The notes below the pieces were generated by a model. The model searched no databases. It was not told where the DNA came from and saw only the letters and a program-made list of their open reading frames with translations. From positions 24,738,001 to 24,802,000 of the forward strand of contig NC_047019.1 in the NCBI RefSeq assembly GCF_902652985.1: 64,000 nucleotides of DNA, written 5' to 3'. The stretch's first letter is position 1; the number at the start of each line of letters is the position of its first letter. Shown one piece after another: positions 14,131-27,700 of the stretch. Source of the stretch: Pecten maximus. Taxonomy: Eukaryota. The position numbers and the translations under genes are program-made.

Positions 14131-14905
14131 TACGATGGCCGATATCAGCTGTCACGTTACTCGCATTTATGTGATGCGAGTAACCTGACATAGTAAAAAT
14201 CACATGATGGGTTACTGTCATGTGATGCGAGTAACCTGACATAGGCAAAATCACTTGACAGGTTACTAGCGTGTGATGCGAGTGACTGTACACAGTCGCG
14301 AAGGAGATGACTGTACACTTACAAAACCCATTAACATTCTAACATTTTTACTAGACCTTTAAAAAGAGGCTCTCATGGCGACAGTCAAATTTCTACGCAA
14401 TTTTGTTTTTTTCCTGATTAAACCGGTTTTACAATGGAGCTCGTGTAGTCTAGTCAATTCATGATTTGACCACAGACTAATTGCAACAGAATTTCGTTTT
14501 CATTTTTTCTGTAGATTTGCATATTTATGTGGAAGAAAAAATTCCCCGAAAATCTAAATTGGGGGAAATGGTTTTATTCACCAAAAAAAATCAGGAAATA
14601 AGAGAAATTGCTCAATTGGCCAAATTTAAAGCCCAATATAATACTCTTGAGTGACATTGGACAAGAGATTTTGTATGCAACACAAATAATCAAAGATACA
14701 TGTAGGTTTTAATTTGCTATGTTATTGTGAAGCACGTGTTAACCCTGGAATGTTTATGGGTTTGCATGTTATTGTCACCTACTTCAATATGTTGCGAACA
14801 ATTACCCGTATCACATGGGAGTAACCCGTCATGTAATTTTTACTATGTCAGGTTACTCGCATCACATAAATGGGAGTAACTTGACGGCTGATATCGGCCA
14901 TCGTA
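14131..14905. mobile_element. Non-autonomous DNA transposon with about 110-bp TIRs, IS3EU-like
   Basis: Termini TACGATGGCCGATATCAGC...GCTGATATCGGCCATCGTA; 6-bp TSD CATTCA (14125-14130 and 14906-14911); subterminal repeats of TGTGATGCGAGTAACCTGACATAG. Confidence 0.85.
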
Positions 14906-14998
14906 CATTCACGTGGAGGTGAAGTCTTTGGTTAATTGCCTAGAAATGTACACGAATTTCATCTATAATGACTGTCTGGTATGCACAGTCTTCATTTC

Positions 14999-15470
14999 GA
15001 TCTAGATCGATCAACGAAAACACTAGAATTCGTGTTCGACACAAAAATGAAAGATGGCTGTTCAAATTAATCGGTGAACAACACATCTTCAAAAGTTAAC
15101 ATCATGTGACATAGGTACACCCATCAATACCAGAGACAGTAAAACATTATTATGTAATGAAACGTGTTTGATCCTTAGAATGTGCATTTCGTGTTGGATA
15201 TATCAAAATCATACAAGCTCCATTGAGTGTTGTTCTGTTTGTTTGATGTAATTTACATCAAATACATCGTTTTCAATGGTTTATCAATGTTTATTTTTTA
15301 TACAAAAAAATATTTATTATTGACATGGAATGTTATCTATAGCTTAAACATTATAGATATATTCTTAAATTGTGTATGGTTCTAGTTTTTTCTTTCTTTT
15401 TTAATTTTTCAATAATAACATTGTGAATATATCATGCATCTTCTTTTCCTGTCTACTTTTCATTTCATTT
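14999..15470 (+). pseudogene. Duplicated, 5'-truncated last exon plus 3'UTR of the 16137-17179 gene
   Basis: Near-identical to 17108-17578; encodes DLDRSTKTLEFVFDTKMKDGCSN* but lacks the acceptor and first six codons. Confidence 0.8.
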
Positions 15471-16136
15471 TTATAATGCTGTCTGGTATGCACAGTCTTC
15501 ATTTCTGGACGAAAACGGTCGTATTCAAAAAGGGAAAATGGAAAAAAAATACAGATTAGAAACACTCTACATGGAAAATACATGAATGTAGTTGCTATTT
15601 ACCTTTCATTATCTAATACAGATGTGGGGTTAAACAAATCAATGTCATATTAGAAATTCGCCCTCCTTAACGATGTATACAAAAATGTGTTATGCAGACC
15701 TTATCATTTCATTACACCTGTAAGTGTGCTTTAATCCAACGCCGACGGTGTTAAATTACTACATTCCTGCAATACATTCATGTAATTCCTTAATACTTCA
15801 AACCATTTAAGTGATAACCGGATATGAATGTAGATATTAACAATAAAGCTCTGTAAAACATAGTAATCTAAGGCACTCCTCACTACTTGACTGTGAGTTG
15901 CCAGTTGCACCATGAGTATGCATATTGATATACATACTGTATGGCTGTTATTGTACTGAACGGTAACCATTGGTGAACGAAACATCCGTGTGGGTCAACA
16001 GCTATTGTTTCTTATGACCGAGATGTCCTTTTGATGTTGAACACTTCGAGAATGTACGACTTGAACAGATGTCTGTATAAATATCAGGTATTTTAAGTAA
16101 TGTTTTATTCTACCTTCGTATAAAGGGAACATAGCG

Positions 16137-17179
16137 ATGCGACCACTCGTACTCATAACTTTACTCGTTATCATTCTCCTTGTGGATTTGTCACCTGGGG
16201 AAGGTATGTTTTTTTGTTTTTTACTGAAGATTAATAATAATTTGTTTTGAATAATATTCAAATGTATCCTAAACCTGGGTTTGAGGGTTTTTCTTTTTCT
16301 GGCTACTCCGGTGTTATAATGTTGTCCATCATATAATTATTTCATAAACATCCTTTCAAGAACCATTACAGTGGACAAAACAGTTCGTAAAGACATAGCA
16401 AGCTACACAAAGCATATAGTTACAAACTCCTCCATTAATGTTTTAATAGTGATACTACTGCTGTTCATAAAAATGGACATATATGCACTTTCCGAACAAT
16501 ACGAAACAAAATTAGTCATGTGCTGCTATAACTCGATATTACATTTACAGGTGTGTACTTCTTGATGTATTTTTGAAATGGATCATTTACATAAGTGTTT
16601 GTTAAATTCGCAGCTAAACGTCGCTGTCGAGGAAAGCAAGCAATAAATAGAAGAGTTGGAGAACTGGAGACGATAACAAAACACGTGAGTAAAAGTATAT
16701 ACTCGTTTACGAAGTATTTATAAAGCCTGCTACATTGAAATATTTTATGCAGTTTCTGAAAACTAAGTAGGTGACAAATAAGTTATATAATTCATACTTG
16801 TAGAGACGATCCTTGCTGATTTCACCATTTGTGATTAATTTGAAAAAAAGCATTGAATTTTGACGAGTGAATCTGGTTACGATTACATTCTATGGCACTG
16901 GCAATTACGTTTATTTCAAATTAATTATATTGTGTTCCTATGTTGAAAAGCACCAATGCCTTATAGATTTTGAGTTGGAATAAAATGTACAGTACAAGCA
17001 GATTTTATTCATAGTTGGTATTTATGTTATTATCTTCTAAATAACCGAATATAATGCATACACTTTATGTATATTTGTTATCTTTACAGGTAGCCAGCAT
17101 GAGCGCCGATCTAGATCGATCAACGAAAACACTAGAATTCGTGTTCGACACAAAAATTAAAGATGGCTGTTCAAATTAA
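16137..17179 (+). CDS. Small secreted protein, 3 exons, about 75 aa
   Basis: TATAAATA near 16076. Exon 16137-16203 MRPLVLITLLVIILLVDLSPGE (signal, phase 1, gtatgt); exon 16614-16684 AKRRCRGKQAINRRVGELETITKH (gtgagt); exon 17090-17179 VASMSADLDRSTKTLEFVFDTKIKDGCSN*. Phases are consistent. Confidence 0.7.
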
Positions 17180-17612
17180 TCGGTGAACCACACATCTTCA
17201 AAAGTTAACAGCATGTAACATAGGTACACCCATCAATACCAGAGACAGTAAAACATTATTATGTAATGAAACATGTTTGATCCTTAGAATGTGCATTTCG
17301 TGTTGGATATATAAAAATCATACAAGCTCCATTGAGTGTTGTTCCGTTTGTTTGATGCAATTTACATCAAATACGTATCGTTTTCAATGGTTTATCAATG
17401 TTTATTTTTTATACAAAAAATATTTATTATTGACATGGAATGTTATCTATAGCTTAAACATTATAGATATATTCTTAAATTGTGTATGGTTCTAGTTTTT
17501 TCTTTCTTTTTTATTATTTCAATAAGAACATTGTGAATATATCATACATCTGCTTTTCCTGTCTACTTTTCATTTCATGTAACCGCAGTATACCTAATCC
17601 GAATATCACATA

Positions 17613-17690
17613 CAGTAAAACCTTGCTATAACGAATTCCATGGGACCAGGAGAAATAATTCGTTATAACAGAAATTCGTTATAGAGTTTC
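17613..17690. mobile_element. Single end of a Tc1/mariner-type MITE
   Basis: TA|CAGTAAAACCTTGCTATAACGAA followed by TTCGTTATA repeats; the partner TIR was not found. Confidence 0.5.
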
Positions 17691-18751
17691 TGAAACTAAA
17701 CGTTAAAGTCATATAGGCCTACATTATACATATGTAAGCTTAGTTCCATCCCGATTCCACGTATGTTAGTCCATAAACACAACCAAAGACGACTGCACGT
17801 TACAAATATTTTATTTCATAAATAGACATCGGTTTTTTTTTTACTAACTCATTCTATTTCTTAAGCTTACATCTTTTTAAACCAATCTGTAATTTTGACT
17901 TGGTTTTTGACTGAGACATAACGCCGGGTACTTACACACTGATATAGATTCATAAAAATAACGCTGGAAAGACAACCACCTAGAAAAGCACGATTTATTT
18001 ACGCATGGCTGATTAGTTTGAATAATATTATTACAATAATTCAATGTTAAATAAGTGACAAGATATATACACTGGTGTTATTATTCAACAAGTAGGGCGT
18101 TGATTGTTCTTCTTTATAACAAAAATTGTTGTCTGACTACCATAATAACCATTCCCAGAGATAACTGTACCCAACGGAAAGCAAAAACCAACATGTGTCA
18201 TCACAGGTTCTTGAAAATTAGAGATTCATAGTATTTGACCGATAATTTGGTGCTACTTAAAAGTGATAGTTAACAAGCATACTGTTGTACAAAGGATAAA
18301 TCATTCATCCGAATACATAAAAAATTGAAGAAAAGTAAGATTTTGATACTCTGATCATTACTGAATCAAGCACCTTCACAAAATAGGACAAAAACATTAA
18401 GCGAAGTAAGTGCACAAAAGGAATTGTGATATTACAAAGTTTTATTTAGCCGGCTGGGTATATATAAACCACTGCATACTTAATGAAATGTAAACGCGAT
18501 AAATAAAGTAATAAGATGACGTTATATATTAGTAGAGTTTTGTGGAGTTTTAATTCGGTTAATTGGCTCGCATCTTAAACAGTTAAAAAGGAAATACGAT
18601 GAAAAAAACTGTGTATTATCAATGAGACTTGAAAATCGTCTTTATTATCAGTACGGGCATCGTCAGATCGTAAAGTGATATTTTAAGGTCTAAGGAAAAG
18701 GAAATAGCTACGTACCACAATTTATGTTTGTGTTCCGGATCAGTAAGGAGA

Positions 18752-21700
18752 ATACAAAACACTCTACCTACCCACAATGTATTTATATCGCACAACACAA
18801 AACACACTACCTTACGAAATGTTTCAAAATTAATATACAAAAAACTACATCAAAATCTATATCAAACACTCTAACTGGTCAAGATGTATTGATATCGCTC
18901 TACACCAACACTCTGCCTGGCCACCATGTATTTATACAGCTCTACACCAAACACTCTGCCTGGCCACCGTGTATTTATATCGCTCTACACCAAACACTCT
19001 ACCTGGCCACCATGTATTTATATCGTTCTACACCAAACAACCTGGTCCCCGTGTATGTATATAGGTCTACACCAAACACTCTACCTGGCCACCGTGTATT
19101 TATATAGCTCTACACAAAACACTCTACCTGGCCACCATGTATTTATATCGCTCTACACAAAACACTCTAATGGCCACCATGTATTTATATCGTTCTACAC
19201 CAAACACTCTGCCTGGCCACCATGTATTTATATATCTCTACACCAAACACTCTACCTGACCACCGTGTATTTATATAGCTCTACACAAAACACTCTACTT
19301 GGCCACCATGTATTTATATCGCTCTACACAAAACACTCTAATGGCCACCATGTATTTATATCGCTCTACACCAAACAATTTGCCTGGCCACCGTGTATTT
19401 ATATAGCTCTACACAAAACACTATACCTGGCCACCATGTATTTATATCGCTCTACACAAAACACTCTACCTGGCCACCATGTATTTATATCGCTCTACAA
19501 CAAACAATTTGCAAGGCCACCATGTATTTATATCGCTCTACAACAAACAATTTGCAAGGCCACCATGTATTTATATCGTTCTAAACCAAACACTCTGCCT
19601 GGCCACCATGTATTTATATATCTCTACACCAAACACTCTGCCTGGCCACCGTGTATTTATATCGCTGTACACCAAACACTCTACCTAGCCACCATGTAAT
19701 GATATCGCTCTACACCAAACAACCTGGTCCTCGTGTATGTATATATCTCTACACCAAACACTCTACCTGGCCACCATGTATTTATATCGTTCTACACCAA
19801 ACAACCTGGTCCTCGTGTATGTATATAGCTCTATACCAAACACTCTGCCTGGCCACCATGTATTTATATCGCTCTACACAAAACACTCTGCCTGGCCACC
19901 ATGTATTTATATCGTTCTACACCAAACACTCTACCTGGCCAACATGTATTGATATCGTTATACACCAAACACTCTAATGGCCACCATGTATTTATATCGT
20001 TATACACCAAACACTTTACCTGGCCACCATGTATTTATATCGTTATACACCAAACACTCTACCTGGCCACCATGTATTGATATCGTTCTACACCAAACAC
20101 TCTAATGGCCACCATGTATTTATATCGTTCTACACCAAACACTCTACCTGGCCACCATGTATTGATATCGTTATACACCAAACACTCTACCTGGCCACCA
20201 TGTATTTATATCGTTATACACCAAACACTCTACCTGGCCACCATGTATTTATATTGTTCTACACAAAAAACTCTACCTGGCCACCGTGTATTTATATTGT
20301 TCTACACCAAACACTCTACCTGGCCACCATGTATTTATATCGTTCTACACCAAACACTCTACCTGGCCACCATGTATTTATATCGTTATACACCAAACAC
20401 TCTACCTGGCCACCATGTATTTATATCGTTATACACCAAACACTCTACCTGGCCACCATGTATTTATATCGTTCTACACCAAACAACCTGGTCCCCGTGT
20501 ATGTATATAGGTCTACACCAAACACTCTGCCTGGCCACCATGTATTTATATCGTTCTACACCAAACACTCTACCTGGCCACCATGGTTATATATCGTTCT
20601 ACAACAAACAATTTACCTGGCCACCATGTATTTATATCGCTCTACACAAAACACTCTACCTGGCCACCATGTATTTATATCGTTCTACACCAAACAACCT
20701 GGTCCCCGTGTATGTATATAGCTCTACACAAAACACTCTGCCTGGCCACCATGTATTTATATCGTTCTACACCAAACAACCTGGTCCCCGTGTATGTATA
20801 TAGGTCTACACCAAACACTCTACCTGGCCACCATGTATTTATATCGTTCTACACCTAACAACCTGGTCCCCGTGTATGTATATAGGTCTACACCAAACAC
20901 TCTACCTGGCCACCGTGTATTTATATAGCTCTACACAAAACACTCTACCTGGCCACCATGTATTTATATCGCTCTACACAAAACACTCTAATGGCCACCA
21001 TGTATTTATATCGTTCTACACCAAACACTCTGCCTGGCCACCATGTATTTATATATCTCTACACCAAACACTCTACCTGACCACCGTGTATTTATATAGC
21101 TCTACACAAAACACTCTACTTGGCCACCATGTATTTATATCGCTCTACACAAAACACTCTAATGGCCACCATGTATTTATATCGCTCTACACCAAACAAT
21201 TTGCCTGGCCACCGTGTATTTATATAGCTCTACACAAAACACTCTACCTGGCCACCATGTATTTATATCGCTCTACACAAAACACTCTACCTGGCCACCA
21301 TGTATTTATATCGCTCTACAACAAACAATTTGCAAGGCCACCATGTATTTATATCGCTCTACAACAAACAATTTGCAAGGCCACCATGTATTTATATCGT
21401 TCTAAACCAAACACTCTGCCTGGCCACCATGTATTTATATATCTCTACACCAAACACTCTGCCTGGCCACCGTGTATTTATATCGCTGTACACCAAACAC
21501 TCTACCTAGCCACCATGTAATGATATCGCTCTACACCAAACAACCTGGTCCTCGTGTATGTATATATCTCTACACCAAACACTCTACCTGGCCACCATGT
21601 ATTTATATCGTTCTACACCAAACAACCTGGTCCTCGTGTATGTATATAGCTCTATACCAAACACTCTGCCTGGCCACCATGTATTTATATCGCTCTACAC

Positions 21701-24700
21701 AAAACACTCTGCCTGGCCACCATGTATTTATATCGTTCTACACCAAACACTCTACCTGGCCAACATGTATTGATATCGTTATACACCAAACACTCTAATG
21801 GCCACCATGTATTTATATCGTTATACACCAAACACTTTACCTGGCCACCATGTATTTATATCGTTATACACCAAACACTCTACCTGGCCACCATGTATTG
21901 ATATCGTTCTACACCAAACACTCTAATGGCCACCATGTATTTATATCGTTCTACACCAAACACTCTACCTGGCCACCATGTATTGATATCGTTATACACC
22001 AAACACTCTACCTGGCCACCATGTATTTATATCGTTATACACCAAACACTCTACCTGGCCACCATGTATTTATATTGTTCTACACAAAAAACTCTACCTG
22101 GCCACCGTGTATTTATATTGTTCTACACCAAACACTCTACCTGGCCACCATGTATTTATATCGTTCTACACCAAACACTCTACCTGGCCACCATGTATTT
22201 ATATCGTTATACACCAAACACTCTACCTGGCCACCATGTATTTATATCGTTATACACCAAACACTCTACCTGGCCACCATGTATTTATATCGTTCTACAC
22301 CAAACAACCTGGTCCCCGTGTATGTATATAGGTCTACACCAAACACTCTGCCTGGCCACCATGTATTTATATCGTTCTACACCAAACACTCTACCTGGCC
22401 ACCATGGTTATATATCGTTCTACAACAAACAATTTACCTGGCCACCATGTATTTATATCGCTCTACACAAAACACTCTACCTGGCCACCATGTATTTATA
22501 TCGTTCTACACCAAACAACCTGGTCCCCGTGTATGTATATAGCTCTACACAAAACACTCTGCCTGGCCACCATGTATTTATATCGTTCTACACCAAACAA
22601 CCTGGTCCCCGTGTATGTATATAGGTCTACACCAAACACTCTACCTGGCCACCATGTATTTATATCGTTCTACACCTAACAACCTGGTCCCCGTGTATGT
22701 ATATAGGTCTACACAAAACACTCTACCTGGCCATCATGTATTTATATCGCTCTACACCAAACACTCTACCTGGCCACCATGTATTTATATCGTTCTACAC
22801 AAAACACTCTGCCTGGCCACCATGTATTTATATCGCTCTACACCAAACACTCTGCCTGGCCACCATGTATTTATATAGCTCTACACCAAACACTCTACCT
22901 GGCCACCATGTATTTATATCGTTCTACACCAAACACTCTAATGGCCACCATGTATTTATATAGCTCTACACCAAACACTCTACCTAGCCACCATGTATTG
23001 ATATCGTCCTACACCAAACACTCTACCTGGCCACCATGGATATATATTGTTCTGCAACAAACAATTTACCTGGCCACCATGTATTTATATCGCTCTACAC
23101 AAAACACTCTGCCTGGCAACCATGTATTGATATCGCTCTACACCAAACAACCTGGTCCTCGTGTATGTATATAGCTCTATACCAAACACTCTGCCTGGCC
23201 ACCATGTATTTATATAGCTCTACACCAAACACTCTACCTGGCCACCATGTATTTATATAGCTCTACACCAAACACTCTACCTGGCCACCATGTATTTATA
23301 TCGCTCTACACAAAACACTCTGCCTGGCCACCATGTATTTATATCGTTCTACACCAAACACTCTACCTGGCCACCATGGATATATATCGCTCTACACCAA
23401 ACACTCTACCTGGCCACCATGTATTGATATCGTTTTACACCAAACACTCTAATGGCCACCATGTATTGATATCGCTCTACACAAAACACTCTACCTGACC
23501 AAAATGTATTTATATCGTTCTACACCAAACACTCTACCTGGCCACCATGTATATATATCGTTCTACACCAAACAACCTGGTCCTCGTGTATGTATATAGG
23601 TCTACACGAAACACTCTACCTGGCCACCATGAATGAATATCGTTCTACAACAAACACTCTACCTGGCCACCATGTATTTATATTGTTCTACACCAAACAC
23701 TCTACCTGGCCACCATGTATTGATATCGTTCTACACCAAACACTCTAATGGCCACCATGTATTTATATCGTTCTACACCAAACACTCTACCTGGCCACCA
23801 TGGATATATATCGTTCTAAAACAAACAATTTACCTGGCCACCATGTATTTATATCGTTCTACACAAAACACTCTGCCTGGCCACCATGTATTGATATCGC
23901 TCTACACCAAACAACCTGGTCCTCGTGTATGTATATAGCTCTACACCAAATACTCTGCCTGGCCAGCAGGTATTTATATAGCTCTACACCAAACACTCTA
24001 CTTGGCCACCATGTATTTATATCGTTCTACACCAAACACTCTAATTGCCACCATGTATTGATATTGTTCTACACAAAACACTCTAATGGCCACCATGTAT
24101 TTATATAGCTCTACACCAAACACTTTGCCTGGCCACCATGTATTTATATAGCTCTACACCAAACACTCTGCCTGGCCAACATGTATTTATATCGTTCTAC
24201 ACCAAACACTCTACTTGGCCACCATGTATTTATATAGCTCTACACCAAACACTCTACCTAGCCACCATGTATTTATATCGTTCTACACCAAACACTCTAA
24301 TGGCCACCATGGATATATATCGCTCTACACCAAACACTCTACCTGACCACAATGTATTTATATAGCTCTACACCAAACACTCTACCTGGCCACCATGGAT
24401 ATATATCGCTCTACACCAAACACTCTACCTGGCCACCATGTATTTATATCGTTCTACACCAAACACTCTACCTGGCCACCATGGATATATATCGCTCTAC
24501 ACCAAACACTCTGCCTGGCCACCATGTATTTATATCGTTATACACCAAGCACTCTACTTGGCCACCATGTATTTATATTGTTCTACACCAAACACTCTAC
24601 CTGGCCACAATGTATTTATATCGTTCTACACCAAACACTCTACCTGGCCACCATGTATTTACATCGTTCTACACCAAACATTCTACCTGGCCACCATGTA

Positions 24701-27700
24701 TTTATATCGCTCTACACCAAACACTCTACCTGGCCACCATGTATTTATATAGCTCTACACCAAACACTCTACCTAGCCACCATGTTTTTATATCGTTCTA
24801 CACCAAACACTTTGCCTGGCCACCATGTATTTATATCGCTCTACAAAAAACATTTTGCCTGGACACCATGTATTTATATTGTTCTACACCAAACACTCTA
24901 CCTGGCCACCATGTATTTATATCGTTCTACACCAAACAACCTGGTCCTCGTGTATGTATATATCTCTACACAAAACACTCTAATGGCCACCATGTATTTA
25001 TATTGTTCTACACCAAACACTCTGCCTGGCCACCATGTATTTATATTGTTCTACACCAACCAACCTGGTCCCCGTGTAAGTATATAGGTCTACACAAAAC
25101 ACTCTAATGGCCACCATGTATTTATATTGTTCTACACAAAACACTCTGCCTGGCCACCATGTATCTATATTGTTCTACACCAAACACTCTACCTGGCCAC
25201 CATGTATCTATATTGTTCTACACCAAACACTCTACCTGGCCACCATGTATTTATATCGTTATACACCAAACACTCTACCTGGCCACCATGTATTTATATC
25301 GTTATACACCAAACACTCTACCTGGCCACCATGTATTTATATCGTTCTACACCAAACAACCTGGTCCCCGTGTATGTATATAGGTCTACACCAAACACTC
25401 TGCCTGGCCACCATGTATTTATATCGTTCTACACCAAACACTCTACCTGGCCACCATGGTTATATATCGTTCTACAACAAACAATTTACCTGGCCACCAT
25501 GTATTTATATCGCTCTACACAAAACACTCTACCTGGCCACCATGTATTTATATCCTTCTACACCAAACAACCTGGTCCCCGTGTATGTATATAGCTCTAC
25601 ACAAAACACTCTGCCTGGCCACCATGTATTTATATCGTTCTACACCAAACAACCTGGTCCCCGTGTATGTATATAGGTCTACACCAAACACTCTACCTGG
25701 CCACCATGTATTTATATCGTTCTACACCTAACAACCTGGTCCCCGTGTATGTATATAGGTCTACACAAAACACTCTACCTGGCCATCATGTATTTATATC
25801 GCTCTACACCAAACACTCTACCTGGCCACCATGTATTTATATCGTTCTACACAAAACACTCTACCTGGCCACCATGTATTCATATCGCTCTACACCAAAC
25901 ACTCTGCCTGGCCACCATGTATTTATATAGCTCTACACCAAACACTCTACCTGGCCACCATGTATTTATATCGTTCTACACCAAACACTCTAATGGCCAC
26001 CATGTATTTATATAGCTCTACACCAAACACTCTACCTAGCCACCATGTATTGATATCGTCCTACACCAAACACTCTACCTGGCCACCATGGATATATATT
26101 GTTCTGCAACAAACAATTTACCTGGCCACCATGTATTTATATCGCTCTACACAAAACACTCTGCCTGGCAACCATGTATTGATATCGCTCTACACCAAAC
26201 AACCTGGTCCTCGTGTATGTATATAGCTCTATACCAAACACTCTGCCTGGTCACCATATATTTATATCGCTCTACACAAAACACTCTGCCTGGCCACCAT
26301 GTATTTATATCGTTCTACACCAAACACTCTACCTGGCCACCATGGATATATATCGCTCTACACCAAACACTCTACCTGGCCACCATGTATTGATATCGTT
26401 CTACACCAAACACTATAATGGCCACCATGTATTGATATCGCTCTACACAAAACACTCTACCTGACCAAAATGTATTTATATCGTTCTACACCAAACACTC
26501 TACCTGGCCACCATGTATATATATCGTTCTACACCAAACAACCTGGTCCTCGTGTATGTATATAGGTCTACACGAAACACTCTACCTGGCCACCATGAAT
26601 GAATATCGTTCTACAACAAACACTCTACCTGGCCACCATGTATTTATATTGTTCTACACCAAACACTCTACCTGGCCACCATGTATTGATATCGTTCTAC
26701 ACCAAACACTCTAATGGCCACCATGTATTTATATCGTTCTACACCAAACACTCTACCTGGCCAACATGGATATATATCGTTCTAAAACATACAATTTACC
26801 TGGCCACCATGTATTTATATCGTTCTACACAAAACACTCTGCCTGGCCACCATGTATTGATATCGCTCTACACCAAACAACCTGGTCCTCGTGTATGTAT
26901 ATAGCTCTACACCAAATACTCTGCCTGGCCAGCAGGTATTTATATAGCTCTACACCAAACACTCTACTTGGCCACCATGTATTTATATCGTTCTACACCA
27001 AACACTCTAATTGCCACCATGTATTGATATTGTTCTTCACAAAACACTCTAATGGCCACCATGTATTTATATAGCTCTACACCAAACACTTTGCCTGGCC
27101 ACCATGTATTTATATAGCTCTACACCAAACACTCTGCCTGGCCACCATGTATTTATATCGTTCTACACCAAACACTCTACTTGGCCACCATGTATTTATA
27201 TAGCTCTACACCAAACACTCTACCTAGCCACCATGTATTTATATCGTTCTACACCAAACACTCTAATGGCCACCATGGATATATATCGCTCTACACCAAA
27301 CACTCTACCTGACCACAATGTATTTATATAGCTCTACACCAAACACTCTACCTGGCCACCATGGATATATATAGCTCTACACCAAACACTCTACCTGGCC
27401 ACCATGTATTTATATCGTTATACACCAAACACTCTACCTGGCCACCATGGATATATATCGCTCTACACCAAACACTCTGCCTGGCCACCATGTATTTATA
27501 TCGTTCTACACCAAACACTCTACTTGGCCACCATGTATTGATATCGTTCTACACCAAACACTCTAATGGCCACCATGTATTTATATCGCTCTACACCAAA
27601 CAATTTGCCTGGCCACCATGTATTTATATAGCTCTACACCAAACACTCTACCTGGCCACAATGTATTTATATCGTTCTACACCAAACACTCTACCTGGCC

